Source: a virus
Taxonomy: Duplodnaviria > Caudoviricetes
Strand: one strand, 5' to 3'
IMG/VR virus record: IMGVR_UViG_3300047283_000041
Span: 1 to 34,361 of that record
Length of the DNA: 34,361 nt
Below are positions 8,652 through 18,547 of this stretch, piece by piece. The notes under the pieces were generated by a model. It had not been told where the DNA came from. It worked only from the letters and a program-made list of their open reading frames with translations, and did not search any database. The position numbers and the translations under genes are program-made. The number at the start of each line of letters is the position of its first letter. Position 1 is the stretch's first letter.

Positions 8652-10555
8652 CAGAATTTAATACACCGTTTAGCACCGTAGGATATATCACATACAAAAG
8701 GACATACGCTCGTCGATTGAACGAAACAGATCCTGCTAGTCCTACAGAAGAGTTTGAAGACACAGTTAATCGTGTCGTAGCAGCGTCTAATACCCAGCTT
8801 AATTGTGGATTCACAGAAGCTGAGCAGAAACGCTTACAGAAGTATCTAATGGAATTGAAGGGTACTGTAGCAGGTCGCTTCTTATGGCAGCTAGGCACTG
8901 ACACAGTAGGTCGTCTAGGTCTAGCCAGTCTACAGAACTGTGCATTCACTGTAGTAGATCAACCAGTACGTCCTTTCACCTGGGCTATGGATCTATTAAT
9001 GCTTGGCTCAGGAGTAGGCTACAACATTCAACGGGAGCATGTGGCTAAGCTTCCTCCAGTTAATGTTAACTTCTCTGCTCCTACTCGTGTCGATAGCAGC
9101 GATGCTGACTTTATCGTACCTGATTCTCGTGAAGGATGGGTTAAGCTCCTAGGTAAAACACTGAAGGCAGCCTTCTTATCTAATACTGCTACGACCTTTA
9201 CTTATTCAACAAAACTAGTACGTGGTAAGGGTTCTCCTATCAAAGGCTTTGGAGGCACTGCTTCAGGTGCTGAGGATTTATGTTGGGGTATTGCTAAGAT
9301 CAGCGAGATCCTAGAGAAGAGAGTAGGTAGACCAGTACGTTCTATCGATTGTCTTGACATCATGAATATTATCGGTGCAGTAGTAGTCGCTGGTAATGTA
9401 AGACGTTCTGCTCAGATTGCTATTGGTGATCCTGATGACGTTGAGTACTTGCTGGCTAAACGGTGGGACATGGGTAACATTCCTTCGTGGAGAGCTATGT
9501 CTAATAACAGCGTAGTATGTAACGACTTCAAAGATCTACATGAGTATTTCTGGGATGGGTACGAAGGCAAGGGCGAGCCTTATGGTTTAATTAACCTGAA
9601 GCTCAGTAGAAAGATTGGAAGACTGGGAGAGACTCAGTATCCTGACCCTAAGGTTATGGGTTACAATCCTTGTGCTGAGCAGTCCTTAGCTCCGTATGAG
9701 ACTTGCTGTTTAGCAGAGGTATATCTATCTAACGTGTCATCTAAGGAAGAGTTTGTTGACATCTGTAAGCTACTATACCGTATTAATAAGCATAGTCTTG
9801 CACTGCCCTGCCATCTCGAAGAGACTGCAGATATTGTGCATAGTAATATGAGGATGGGTATTGGAGTAACAGGTGTGCTACAGGCAACAGAAGAGCAGCG
9901 TAGCTGGTTAAATGATGCTTATGAGCAACTACGAGCTTTCGATAAGGAGTACAGTGCTAAGCATGGCTTTCCTGAGTCAGTAAAACTTACTACTGTTAAA
10001 CCTTCAGGTACTCTGTCGTTACTACCAGGTGTAACTTCTGGCTGTCATCCTGCATATTCTAAGCATATGATTCGTAGGATTCGTATCTCAGCAGACCACG
10101 CTTTAGTACAAGTCTGTCGTGATCATGGTTATCCTGTGGAGTATCAGCGTAACTTCGATGGCTCTGAGGATCATAGCACCATGGTAGTTAGCTTCCCATT
10201 CTGTTATCCAGAGGGAACAAAGCTGGCTGCTGAGATGACTGCTATTGATCAGTTAGAAGTTGTGAAATGGTTGCAGACTGCTTGGTCAGACAATAGTGTT
10301 TCCTGTACAGTGTACTATCGTAAGGAAGAACTACCTGAGATTAAGAAGTACCTTGCTAAGAACTACAAGAACAACCACAAGTCCTTGTCTTTCTTGCTAC
10401 ACAACGAGCATGGTTTCCATCAAGCACCATTGGAGGAGATTACTAAAGAGCAGTATGATGAGCTAGTTGCTAAGACTCGCTTGATTACTAAGATTGATGA
10501 AGCAACATTTGATGGAGGGGACGAGTGTGCCAGTGGTGCATGTCCAGTTAAATGA
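8648..10555 (+). CDS. nrdJ: Class II (adenosylcobalamin-dependent) ribonucleotide reductase, monomeric RTPR type
   Basis: YKRTYAR, GRFLWQLG, NCAF, AGNVRRSA, NPCAEQ, TCCLAE, TTVKPSGT, C-terminal CASGACPVK; no small subunit gene nearby. Confidence 0.93.
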   Translation: MTEFNTPFSTVGYITYKRTYARRLNETDPASPTEEFEDTVNRVVAASNTQLNCGFTEAEQKRLQKYLMELKGTVAGRFLWQLGTDTVGRLGLASLQNCAFTVVDQPVRPFTWAMDLLMLGSGVGYNIQREHVAKLPPVNVNFSAPTRVDSSDADFIVPDSREGWVKLLGKTLKAAFLSNTATTFTYSTKLVRGKGSPIKGFGGTASGAEDLCWGIAKISEILEKRVGRPVRSIDCLDIMNIIGAVVVAGNVRRSAQIAIGDPDDVEYLLAKRWDMGNIPSWRAMSNNSVVCNDFKDLHEYFWDGYEGKGEPYGLINLKLSRKIGRLGETQYPDPKVMGYNPCAEQSLAPYETCCLAEVYLSNVSSKEEFVDICKLLYRINKHSLALPCHLEETADIVHSNMRMGIGVTGVLQATEEQRSWLNDAYEQLRAFDKEYSAKHGFPESVKLTTVKPSGTLSLLPGVTSGCHPAYSKHMIRRIRISADHALVQVCRDHGYPVEYQRNFDGSEDHSTMVVSFPFCYPEGTKLAAEMTAIDQLEVVKWLQTAWSDNSVSCTVYYRKEELPEIKKYLAKNYKNNHKSLSFLLHNEHGFHQAPLEEITKEQYDELVAKTRLITKIDEATFDGGDECASGACPVK

Positions 10556-10713
10556 AAATAGAACTGCTAAACCTAACTGAAAACGAAGACGGATCTGCTG
10601 ATGTAGATCTTGAACTAGATGATGACGCTAAGAAGTTGCTAATTCAACTAGGTGTGGAAGCTCTTCTGCTTCGAGCAATTAAAACCTATAAGGAAGAATC
10701 AAATGAGTCTTGA
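10552..10713 (+). CDS. Hypothetical protein, 53 aa (not in ORF track)
   Basis: MKIELLNLTENEDGSADVDLELDDDAKKLLIQLGVEALLLRAIK...; ATGA coupling. Confidence 0.7.
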   Translation: MKIELLNLTENEDGSADVDLELDDDAKKLLIQLGVEALLLRAIKTYKEESNES

Positions 10714-10831
10714 ACTATATTTTCTCACTGGCTTCATGGTAGGCTTTGAGTACGTCGCTGAGTATGATGATTGTCGACATCTGATTGTAGACTTAGGAAT
10801 ATTCAGACTACTGTTTTCTTTTGAGCTGTAA
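10703..10831 (+). CDS. Hypothetical protein, 42 aa (not in ORF track)
   Basis: MSLELYFLTGFMVGFEYVAEYDDCRHLIVDLGIFRLLFSFEL*; AAGGA RBS; ends just before the terminator. Confidence 0.65.
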   Translation: MSLELYFLTGFMVGFEYVAEYDDCRHLIVDLGIFRLLFSFEL

Positions 10832-10834
10832 CTT

Positions 10835-10860
10835 AAGAGCCCTCTTCGGAGGGCTTTTTT
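10835..10860 (+). terminator. Rho-independent terminator ending the replication arm
   Basis: agccctc-TTCG-gagggct stem (cUUCGg tetraloop) followed by a T run, at the convergence of the two arms. Confidence 0.9.
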
Positions 10861-10938
10861 GTAAGAAAAAATTACCGATACTGCAGTTTTGTAACAAAAT
10901 GTAGGTAAATGTAGGTAAGTATCTACAAGTTGTAACAC

Positions 10939-11376
10939 TTAGGAACTGAACTGTCTAGTACCAGCTTTGTCAATAATTAAGGCTTGTCTTCTGGGTTTAT
11001 CAGCAGTACCGTTAGGAACGCTTATATGAGTCCAGGAGCTGAATTCTTCTATGATCTGATCAAAGGGTATGTCCGAAGCAATGCATGCCTCTACGACCTG
11101 TTTAGGGGTCATTCCAGGGACTCTGATATCAGCAGCACAACCTATCCTATGTTGGCTAGTGTCCTTGCTACCGACAGAGTCATTGACTGGTTTAGATCTA
11201 AAGCCTGAGTTAATCATAATAGGCTTACCTAATAGGGTTCTAACCTGCTCAAGCAAAGCTGCTAGTCGAGTTAAGTTAGCAACCTCACTGGCATTAGGGG
11301 TATTGTCTAAGTTCTTACGCTCAGCTACTTCTGAGTGGGTTAGTTCTTCTAAGGTAAAGTTATTGCTTAGATTCAT
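10939..11376 (-). CDS. Endolysin, peptidase M15 family
   Basis: LSNNFTLEEL, INSGFRS...N..VG, SQHRIGCAADI, WTHIS Zn-binding motifs. Confidence 0.9.
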   Translation of the reverse strand: MNLSNNFTLEELTHSEVAERKNLDNTPNASEVANLTRLAALLEQVRTLLGKPIMINSGFRSKPVNDSVGSKDTSQHRIGCAADIRVPGMTPKQVVEACIASDIPFDQIIEEFSSWTHISVPNGTADKPRRQALIIDKAGTRQFSS

Positions 11377-11773
11377 TCTTAGCTTTCTTCATCTCCATAA
11401 TCTTCTCCAGCGAACGACCTCCGAAATAGAAGGACATAATTAACATACCCCACTGACCTAGGAGTTCAACATAGTTGTTGTTAACTTCTATATCCCATGC
11501 TGACATTGTAGCGAATGCTGAGTAGACAAGCAGAATAAACACTAGCGTCATAGGTCTTATATTCTTAGACAACCAGCTATCACTAGCCATGTCTGCTTCT
11601 TGACGCTTAGTGAGTTCTTGTGCCTCAATATTATCAGCGTTAAGCTCAGCTAGTCTGCCTTCTTGCTGCATCTGTAGTAGTTCTTTCTGAGCCTTTGCCT
11701 TAGCTTCTGGATCAGGAATAAACTTATCCAGGACTTTCATCCCAACGTCTACTAATGCCATTAATGGAATCAT
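11360..11773 (-). CDS. Putative holin (3TM, GTA-holin-like)
   Basis: DKFIPDP, DSWLSKNIRP, two C-terminal TM segments, FYFGGRSLEK; adjacent to the endolysin. Confidence 0.8.
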   Translation of the reverse strand: MIPLMALVDVGMKVLDKFIPDPEAKAKAQKELLQMQQEGRLAELNADNIEAQELTKRQEADMASDSWLSKNIRPMTLVFILLVYSAFATMSAWDIEVNNNYVELLGQWGMLIMSFYFGGRSLEKIMEMKKAKNESKQ

Positions 11774-12222
11774 TGTTTATACCCCCAAGTTAAATACCAA
11801 GCAATGACCGCAGCCACTGCATAGCACACGAACATTGCTCTACGACTCTTTGCCAAATCTTCTTTAAACTCTCTAGTAAGTTCATTGTCTTGTTTCTCTA
11901 TCTTTTGTTTTATGGATTCGATTTCATTCCAGCGTTTAGTTCCATGCTTTCTTATGAAATCAGCTTTGACTTTAGCTTCTTCGATACGGATGGATTCTTG
12001 ACGTTGCCATTCCATCATTGCTCTCTTGAAGTACTGCTCTTTAAAGACCTGTGATTCTCTTATCTGTCTTTTACGCTCTAGGTCTTTCTGCTGTGCTACT
12101 GCTGCTGCGTCATTCTGTACATCAGTAATGCTCTTAGTGATAGATTTACTAGCCTGACGACTAGCATCCATACTACTTGTTACAGATTTTGCTCCTTCTA
12201 TAAAACCAAATTGATCTGACAT
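11770..12222 (-). CDS. Coiled-coil protein with C-terminal TM helix
   Basis: Charged helical body and hydrophobic tail AMFVCYAVAAVIAWYLTW; coupled to the holin. Confidence 0.7.
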   Translation of the reverse strand: MSDQFGFIEGAKSVTSSMDASRQASKSITKSITDVQNDAAAVAQQKDLERKRQIRESQVFKEQYFKRAMMEWQRQESIRIEEAKVKADFIRKHGTKRWNEIESIKQKIEKQDNELTREFKEDLAKSRRAMFVCYAVAAVIAWYLTWGYKQ

Positions 12223-12225
12223 ATC

Positions 12226-15200
12226 TCATTCTTCTAGTTCTAACCCTTTTTTAGCAAGCTTGGCTCTGATAAACTGATCTCTAAATTCAGGGTCTCTCAT
12301 CTTATCCATAAGCATAATATTCGTAGCAGTTTTTCTACCGTTTCTAAAGGCTCTTTCTAACATTACTTTCTGCATAGATGCAGGAGCATTCTGATACCCA
12401 GCAGTTTGTATTAATCCTGATGCAGTTGCGTCAATGAACTGACTAGAGATAGCTTGATACTTTCCAATATCTTCTCCAGATAACTCTACACCACGTAGTG
12501 TCTTACCTGGTAAGTTATAATCTACTTTAGTTCTAGCAATCTCTTCTTGTAGTTGATTACGTGCAGCAGGTGCTGTTTGTAGTCCAGTGTACGCAGCAAA
12601 ACCATAAGCAGGATTACGACGTTCTCCACCGACAAGCATCGATTGAGCTGGTAACTCCTGCCGAGAAGGTACAGGAAGACCTAATCCAAAGTCAGGAATA
12701 CGAGCCTGTACTGCTTCGCCAAATCCAGTGACAACACGAGCATAAGGATCACTACCACGTGCAGGAGCTGCTATGATAGATGGTACTAATAAGCCAGCAA
12801 AGCTGTTTATAAAGCTACCACCGTATCGTTCTGGATCGTGTAATGCTTGAAGAAGACCAGAGATACCTTCTAAGTATGTCTTAGATATAATGTTCTTAGT
12901 CACACCTGCTACGACATCAACAACTAAATCTTTTTCTTTCTTAGAATCATACTTAGGTTTAGATACATAATCAGCTACTGCGTTAATACCATCAACAGAA
13001 GAACCCATGATAGTTGCTAAAGGTTCTACACGAGCGTAAGAATACCATGTACCTCCAATTTTAATACTATACTCAGGAGTTTCCGTAGCAATCATAGAAG
13101 CACGTTTAGCAGCATCCTTAGGATATGAACCAGTAATGTTACCTTCAGCTATCTGTTGAGCTAACGCAGCAGTTATGCCCATCCCTATAGCAACACGAGC
13201 TATCTTAACATCCGTAGGAGTGTTTTTAGAGAATACACCTAAGGGAGTATAAGATAGGGCATCCTTCATGATGTTGATAGGAGTCTTAACGAAGGGGATT
13301 ACTGGAGCTACCCAAGGGTGAGCTGCTCTGAGAGCTAACAGTTTATTACCAAAGTTACCTAAGTCTGCTTGGAATGTAGCTTGCTTAGCAAAGTTACGTA
13401 CATCATCAACAAGTTTGACACGTACATTATCAGGTAGTGTAGCTAACTCAGGAGCTTTAAGAACATTATCTTTCCAGTCTAGAGTCTTGGTATTTACTTT
13501 ACGTAACGCACTGTACACAGCTTCAGGATCACCGTACTTACCAGAGGAAGCTAAGCGATATGCCTGAGCATTGTATTCCATACGACGGAAGATGGACTTG
13601 AAGAACTCGTCAACACCTACGCTAAGACGACTAGGCACACGAACTACTTGTCCTAATATTTGCTCTGCTTTAGTAGCCCCTTCTTGAGCACCAATAGCAC
13701 CACGAATCTCAGGCATTGCTGCATCTAGTGGAGATCCTCTTAATAAACCTTCTTTAGTAAAGTATGCAGATTCTAGCAGACCATCCATTAATCCTCTGAA
13801 TGCAGGAAGAACTTCTCCGATCTTAACTTTAGATGCTGGGTTAACTGCTTGTAGAATACGCTCAGTACCTAAGAGACCTATCTTAGCAATACCAGAGAAT
13901 GCGTTAACTGCTGTAGTAGCAAGACCAGAGATGTAGGAGTTAACTACAAACTCACCGAATTTATCTGCCCAGCCTGGTTGCTTAATTGCTTCCTTAGTTA
14001 GGTTAGCAATCGATTCATTCTTATTAAAGCTAGTACCAGAAGACGCTTTAATCGTAGAGACAGCATCTCTTAATGCATAAATATCTGTCAGTTCTTTGCT
14101 GCCATTCTTAGCTAATCCTTTAAGGATCTCCTCAGTAGAACCAATTACTTTCTTCTGAGCTTTAGCTGCTGCTAAGGCACGACCAATATTAGATACGTTG
14201 CCAATCGCAGAGAAGAGAATAGGTTTAACTTCATCAAAGTCTTTCTTAAATACTGCAGCAATCTCTGCATCAGTCATACCAGCAGCACGACCATTTAAGA
14301 ATAACTCATCGATAGAGTTAATCATGTCTACACCACGCTGTAGTGCAGGAAGGTAAGCATTGATTAGATCACGACCACCTAGTTCTTGTACCTTACGATT
14401 AAGCAAGAAGTTCACTGCGGAGTCAGCAGGAATATTGAGAGGCACTGTGTCTAACTCAGTAGCGATAGCTCCTTTGTTAGCTGCTACGATACGAGTTAAT
14501 AACTGCTCTGGGTCTTCTGCTTTGTATCCAGCTTTGAGATATGCTGCTAAGTTCTGTTCACGTAATGGATTATCTGCACTGAATGCAGCAACAAGCCTAG
14601 ACGCAGGTATGTCAGTTAATCTAAATGGAGCATCTGTAAAGAGAGCACGATAGTCCCCACCAGCAATCTCAGTGGTTAGTTTCTGTGCTAGTTCACTGTC
14701 TTCTAATTGTTGTAGGAGAGGAACAATACTGTCTTGTAGTTCTACATTCTTAGCAGTACTAGCTTGAGCAATCTCTTGAGCTAACGGACTTAGTGGTACG
14801 TTGTCTTGAGTAACACCAGTAGTTAGTCCAGTCTTAGTAGCTTGTAATTCTTTACCTGCTTGTTGTACTGCTTCACGACCTGTACGATTAACAAGTGCTC
14901 CTATTGTACCACCAAGTGTTCCTCCTAAGACAACACCTGCAGCAGAAGAAGCTACTCTTCCTAAGTCTTCATCAGAATAAATTGGTTGTAATGCTCCAGC
15001 AACACCTCCTCCAACAGCACCACCAGTTACTAATCCTTTAGCTCCTTTGAGTAATAAAGATCCTGGGATAAGTGTAGAAGGATTAACTAAACCTCCTACG
15101 ATTGTACCCAATACACCAGACACAGGATTCTCTGCAGTCATTTGACGAACACGAGACTCTTCAGCAACTTGTTCTTCAGTAGGTTCTTTGCCTAATAATT

Positions 15201-15426
15201 GAGCAGCACCAGTAATCTCTGAACCCACAGCTTGACGAGCTGCTGATGTGAAAGTTTCAAAGGGAGTAGCCCCAGTACGATTTAAGTACTCAACAATATC
15301 TTTATCTGATAAGCCAGCCTTACGAGCACCTTCTAAATCGTATTCAGTGCTTTGTGCTAAGTAGCTTGCAATGTCAGAATACGATAAGCCAGCTTTTCTA
15401 GCTCCTAAAACATCATATGTAGCCAT
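12226..15426 (-). CDS. Large internal virion (ejection) protein
   Basis: 1066 aa, helical and Ala/Gly-rich; last of three genes after the tail genes; PFVKTPINI and WYSYARVEPLA segments typical of such proteins. Function inferred from synteny. Confidence 0.7.
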   Translation of the reverse strand: MATYDVLGARKAGLSYSDIASYLAQSTEYDLEGARKAGLSDKDIVEYLNRTGATPFETFTSAARQAVGSEITGAAQLLGKEPTEEQVAEESRVRQMTAENPVSGVLGTIVGGLVNPSTLIPGSLLLKGAKGLVTGGAVGGGVAGALQPIYSDEDLGRVASSAAGVVLGGTLGGTIGALVNRTGREAVQQAGKELQATKTGLTTGVTQDNVPLSPLAQEIAQASTAKNVELQDSIVPLLQQLEDSELAQKLTTEIAGGDYRALFTDAPFRLTDIPASRLVAAFSADNPLREQNLAAYLKAGYKAEDPEQLLTRIVAANKGAIATELDTVPLNIPADSAVNFLLNRKVQELGGRDLINAYLPALQRGVDMINSIDELFLNGRAAGMTDAEIAAVFKKDFDEVKPILFSAIGNVSNIGRALAAAKAQKKVIGSTEEILKGLAKNGSKELTDIYALRDAVSTIKASSGTSFNKNESIANLTKEAIKQPGWADKFGEFVVNSYISGLATTAVNAFSGIAKIGLLGTERILQAVNPASKVKIGEVLPAFRGLMDGLLESAYFTKEGLLRGSPLDAAMPEIRGAIGAQEGATKAEQILGQVVRVPSRLSVGVDEFFKSIFRRMEYNAQAYRLASSGKYGDPEAVYSALRKVNTKTLDWKDNVLKAPELATLPDNVRVKLVDDVRNFAKQATFQADLGNFGNKLLALRAAHPWVAPVIPFVKTPINIMKDALSYTPLGVFSKNTPTDVKIARVAIGMGITAALAQQIAEGNITGSYPKDAAKRASMIATETPEYSIKIGGTWYSYARVEPLATIMGSSVDGINAVADYVSKPKYDSKKEKDLVVDVVAGVTKNIISKTYLEGISGLLQALHDPERYGGSFINSFAGLLVPSIIAAPARGSDPYARVVTGFGEAVQARIPDFGLGLPVPSRQELPAQSMLVGGERRNPAYGFAAYTGLQTAPAARNQLQEEIARTKVDYNLPGKTLRGVELSGEDIGKYQAISSQFIDATASGLIQTAGYQNAPASMQKVMLERAFRNGRKTATNIMLMDKMRDPEFRDQFIRAKLAKKGLELEE

Positions 15427-15433
15427 GTTATCC

Positions 15434-16552
15434 TTACTGAATAACTACTCTAGTGCCAAAATTAGCTTTTATTTTTGCTTGTAGGGCATTTATTCGTTGC
15501 TGTATTTCTGCTTGATATGCAGGTTCAGTTTCTAATCTTTGTAGATTTGCTCTAGCCTCTGTTTGTATTTGTTGATACTCAGGATCTAAAGCAATTTTAT
15601 ACGTACCTGATGCTTGATCATACGGACTAGCTGCTGCAGGGGCTGCTGCGGGAGCTGCTGGAGCAGGAGCTGCAGATGAAGCTGGAGCTGCTGGAGCAGG
15701 TGGATTACGCTTATCAAAGGAAGCAGGACTTGGTTTATCTCCTGAAGGAGTAGTTCCTGGCTTACCTTTGTTTAAAACGCTATCTACAATTGCACTAGTT
15801 ACTACAATTCTGTCTACTTCTTTACGAGTTTTCTTATCGTAATAAACAATAACACCACCACCGTTTTGATCAGGAATGGCTGTCTTATCTAGTTTACCTT
15901 CTTCGTATTCTGCATTGTATTTACGAATCTTAGCACGTTCTGCTGCAGTTTGAGCTGTTAGAAGTTCCATACTAAGTTCATCTTTACGACGCTTCGTTCC
16001 TTGATCGAGCAGAATCTGACCACGTAATTGTGCAAGTTCATCAGCTTTATCGTTGTTACCTTGGTCACGAAGTTTAGCAATATCTGTTTCAAGTAATGGA
16101 ATATTGTTTTTGTATACTTCAGTCTGAGCAGATTGCGTTCTAAGCTTCTCTCCTTTAGATTTTTCTACTTCTGTTTCGACCTTACGAAGTTCTTGAGTAG
16201 CCATCAAAGCTTGTTGACCTAGACCAGCATCAGCGAATCGTGTCTGTAATTCTCTATAGAAAGACAACGGATCGTTAGGATCAGCAGCTTGCATAGCAGT
16301 ATTATATACAGATTGAATCTTAGTTAAGTTCTGCAACACAGGATTAGTAACCTCAAAGAAGCCACGATCTTGTGCTACGTTAACTAAGCCTCTACCCAGC
16401 AGTGAACCAAGCTGTGCTCCTAATTGATTCTGTGCAGGTAAAGCACCAATACGAGCTTGTTCTTGTTGAATTAACTGTTGACGGTATAACTCAGGATCTG
16501 CACCAAGCAGTGCTTGTTGATTACCTAATAGTGGATTTACTGGCTGTCCCAT
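15434..16552 (-). CDS. Putative internal virion (ejection) protein
   Basis: Gln-rich helical protein with a Pro/Ala linker; synteny. Confidence 0.6.
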   Translation of the reverse strand: MGQPVNPLLGNQQALLGADPELYRQQLIQQEQARIGALPAQNQLGAQLGSLLGRGLVNVAQDRGFFEVTNPVLQNLTKIQSVYNTAMQAADPNDPLSFYRELQTRFADAGLGQQALMATQELRKVETEVEKSKGEKLRTQSAQTEVYKNNIPLLETDIAKLRDQGNNDKADELAQLRGQILLDQGTKRRKDELSMELLTAQTAAERAKIRKYNAEYEEGKLDKTAIPDQNGGGVIVYYDKKTRKEVDRIVVTSAIVDSVLNKGKPGTTPSGDKPSPASFDKRNPPAPAAPASSAAPAPAAPAAAPAAASPYDQASGTYKIALDPEYQQIQTEARANLQRLETEPAYQAEIQQRINALQAKIKANFGTRVVIQ

Positions 16553-16561
16553 AATTATTCC

Positions 16562-17545
16562 TTAAAATTGAAAATCTCTAGGAGATGCTTGATATTGTGG
16601 TTTAGGAGTAGGATTATAAGCCTGAGCACCAGCCCCAATCAAACTAGACAAGAACTGATTGTTCATCTGCTGAGCTGCCATGTTAGAAGACAATTGTGTC
16701 TGAGCACCTGTTACTTGACCTCCGTAGTATTGCTGAGATCCTGCCTGTTGTCCTGGCATCTGAGCAGTGCCTAAGGCAAGACCCATCTGATAAGGCATCT
16801 GAGCCATTTGTTCTACTTGACCAGATAATCCTAACTGAGCGAGTAATGGAGAGTATGCACCTGCTTGTCCTTGTACTTGTGTGCCTAATAATCCAGCACC
16901 AGTGCCAAACAAGCCAGCACCAAACTGTGCTCTCTGTTGTCCTGCTTGTTGTGCCTGAGCAGCTAACTGTAGATCTTGCTGACCTAAAGCATTATAGTAT
17001 GCTTGCATCTCAGGAGACGCAGGAGCACGACCTGTACCAGTCTGAACTCCTAAGCCACCACGACCACGAGCAAATAAACCACCTCTAACATTAGATAGCT
17101 GAGCTTCTCTACTAGGAGCTAAGAGAGCTTGTTGGCTAGTGATGTAATCCTGAGCAGCTTGCTCTGGTGATGTAGCTAAGTATTGTTGACCTAAGTTAAA
17201 CAAGCGTTCAGAAGCACCAGTCAGTGGAGCATACTGACCTTGTACCTGTTCTGCTTGTGCTAACGTAGGAGCAAATCTACCAAAGAGTTGATTCTGTAGA
17301 GCAGATAACTCAGGAGCTGCTGTATAGCCTCCACCTGAGATATAAGGAACACCTGTCGCAGGATCTATCTCACGAGTGAACTGAGACGTACCAAACCTGG
17401 TAGTCATCCCCACAGGACGGAATGCAGAGATATTAGCAGCAGTTATACCAGCTTGTCGCTGTTGCTCTGCAGCTTGTTCTCCTGCTCTTCGTACCCCACT
17501 AGCTCCTGTAAAAGGATCTAAGATACCACTAACTATATCGCCCAC
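16562..17545 (-). CDS. Putative internal virion / DNA-transfer protein
   Basis: Gly/Gln/Ala-rich; first of the three-gene block. Confidence 0.6.
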   Translation of the reverse strand: MGDIVSGILDPFTGASGVRRAGEQAAEQQRQAGITAANISAFRPVGMTTRFGTSQFTREIDPATGVPYISGGGYTAAPELSALQNQLFGRFAPTLAQAEQVQGQYAPLTGASERLFNLGQQYLATSPEQAAQDYITSQQALLAPSREAQLSNVRGGLFARGRGGLGVQTGTGRAPASPEMQAYYNALGQQDLQLAAQAQQAGQQRAQFGAGLFGTGAGLLGTQVQGQAGAYSPLLAQLGLSGQVEQMAQMPYQMGLALGTAQMPGQQAGSQQYYGGQVTGAQTQLSSNMAAQQMNNQFLSSLIGAGAQAYNPTPKPQYQASPRDFQF

Positions 17546-17829
17546 GGTTTGCTCCTAATAAAAATATAGTATTTCTTGTTGTTAACTTCTATAGGTTTTA
17601 ATACTTCCCATCCTGTTACTTCACCAAACTTAGCAAGCTTAGTATTCTCTTCTTCTACTAATGCTAACAGAGGAACATTAGTAAGATATTGCAATAAGTT
17701 TAAATCTTCTAAGTACTTCTTCTTTACTTCCTGCGACCACTTATGTACATCTGTATGAAACCACAATGCTGCATCGTGTAACTCTAAGTACATTGTGTAG
17801 TCGTCTCTTAAGACTACAGGTACTTTCAT
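17533..17829 (-). CDS. Virion assembly protein, possibly GNAT-like (P22 gp14 / T7 gp13 position)
   Basis: Position before the ejection genes; WFHTDV, KLAKFG..TGW. Confidence 0.5.
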   Translation of the reverse strand: MKVPVVLRDDYTMYLELHDAALWFHTDVHKWSQEVKKKYLEDLNLLQYLTNVPLLALVEEENTKLAKFGEVTGWEVLKPIEVNNKKYYIFIRSKPWAI

Positions 17830-17830
17830 A

Positions 17831-18538
17831 TTAGGTCTTCATAATGAACGCTAATGCGTAATATGGAGGCAAGTTAGCATCTGTACCGCTAGAGCCAGTA
17901 GAATTTATTGTAGTTGTAGCAGTAATACTTGCAGTGCCAGTTGCTGTGTTAGTGTTATTGCCGTTATTATAATCTAAGCCACCAGTACCAACAAAGTTAA
18001 TTGTTCCGTTTACTAAACCCATAGCATTAGATAAATGCGTATGTCCTGCATCTGTTGCGGTTGTTGTTGCGGTATGTGTGTGGCTTACCGTAATAGCATC
18101 TTTAGTACCACCAGAGGTTGTATTAGAGCCAGTTACTGTAGAGTACGCTACTCCTGCAGTATCGCTATGAGCACCAATAACAAACTTATTACGAAGATCA
18201 GGAGTGCTATTAGAACCGTTACATAACACCCATCCAGTAGGAATGGTAGCGATAGTCCCAGACCACATCATAATCATGCCTGTGGTAAACGCTGCTGATA
18301 AAGCTGTTTGTACAAACGCTGTAGTTGCTACTTGTGTTGTGTTTGTTCCTGCACTAGCCGTAGGAGAAGTAGGAGTTCCTGTTAGAGCAGGGCTATTTAA
18401 ATCTGCCTTAGAAGAAATAGCAGAAGCAATAGCAGTTAATTCAGTGTCAATCTCTGTGCCTTTAACAATCTTGCCAGAGTTGCCTGTAGGCAGAGCGTCC
18501 TTAGCTGTAAAGTTAGTAGCTTTTGTATAGTTACTCAT
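17831..18538 (-). CDS. Short tail fibre or needle protein with collar domain
   Basis: SPALTGTPTSPTA...TQVATTAFV; collar-like GMIMMWSG...IPTGWVLCNG...TPDLRNKFVIGA; NLPPYYALAFIMK. Confidence 0.8.
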   Translation of the reverse strand: MSNYTKATNFTAKDALPTGNSGKIVKGTEIDTELTAIASAISSKADLNSPALTGTPTSPTASAGTNTTQVATTAFVQTALSAAFTTGMIMMWSGTIATIPTGWVLCNGSNSTPDLRNKFVIGAHSDTAGVAYSTVTGSNTTSGGTKDAITVSHTHTATTTATDAGHTHLSNAMGLVNGTINFVGTGGLDYNNGNNTNTATGTASITATTTINSTGSSGTDANLPPYYALAFIMKT

Positions 18539-18547
18539 ATCAGTTCC

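Noticed and set aside
10898-10919. Tandem aatgtaggta x2 between the terminator and the endolysin stop
   Set aside because: Only two short copies, with no recurrence noticed elsewhere and no functional context.
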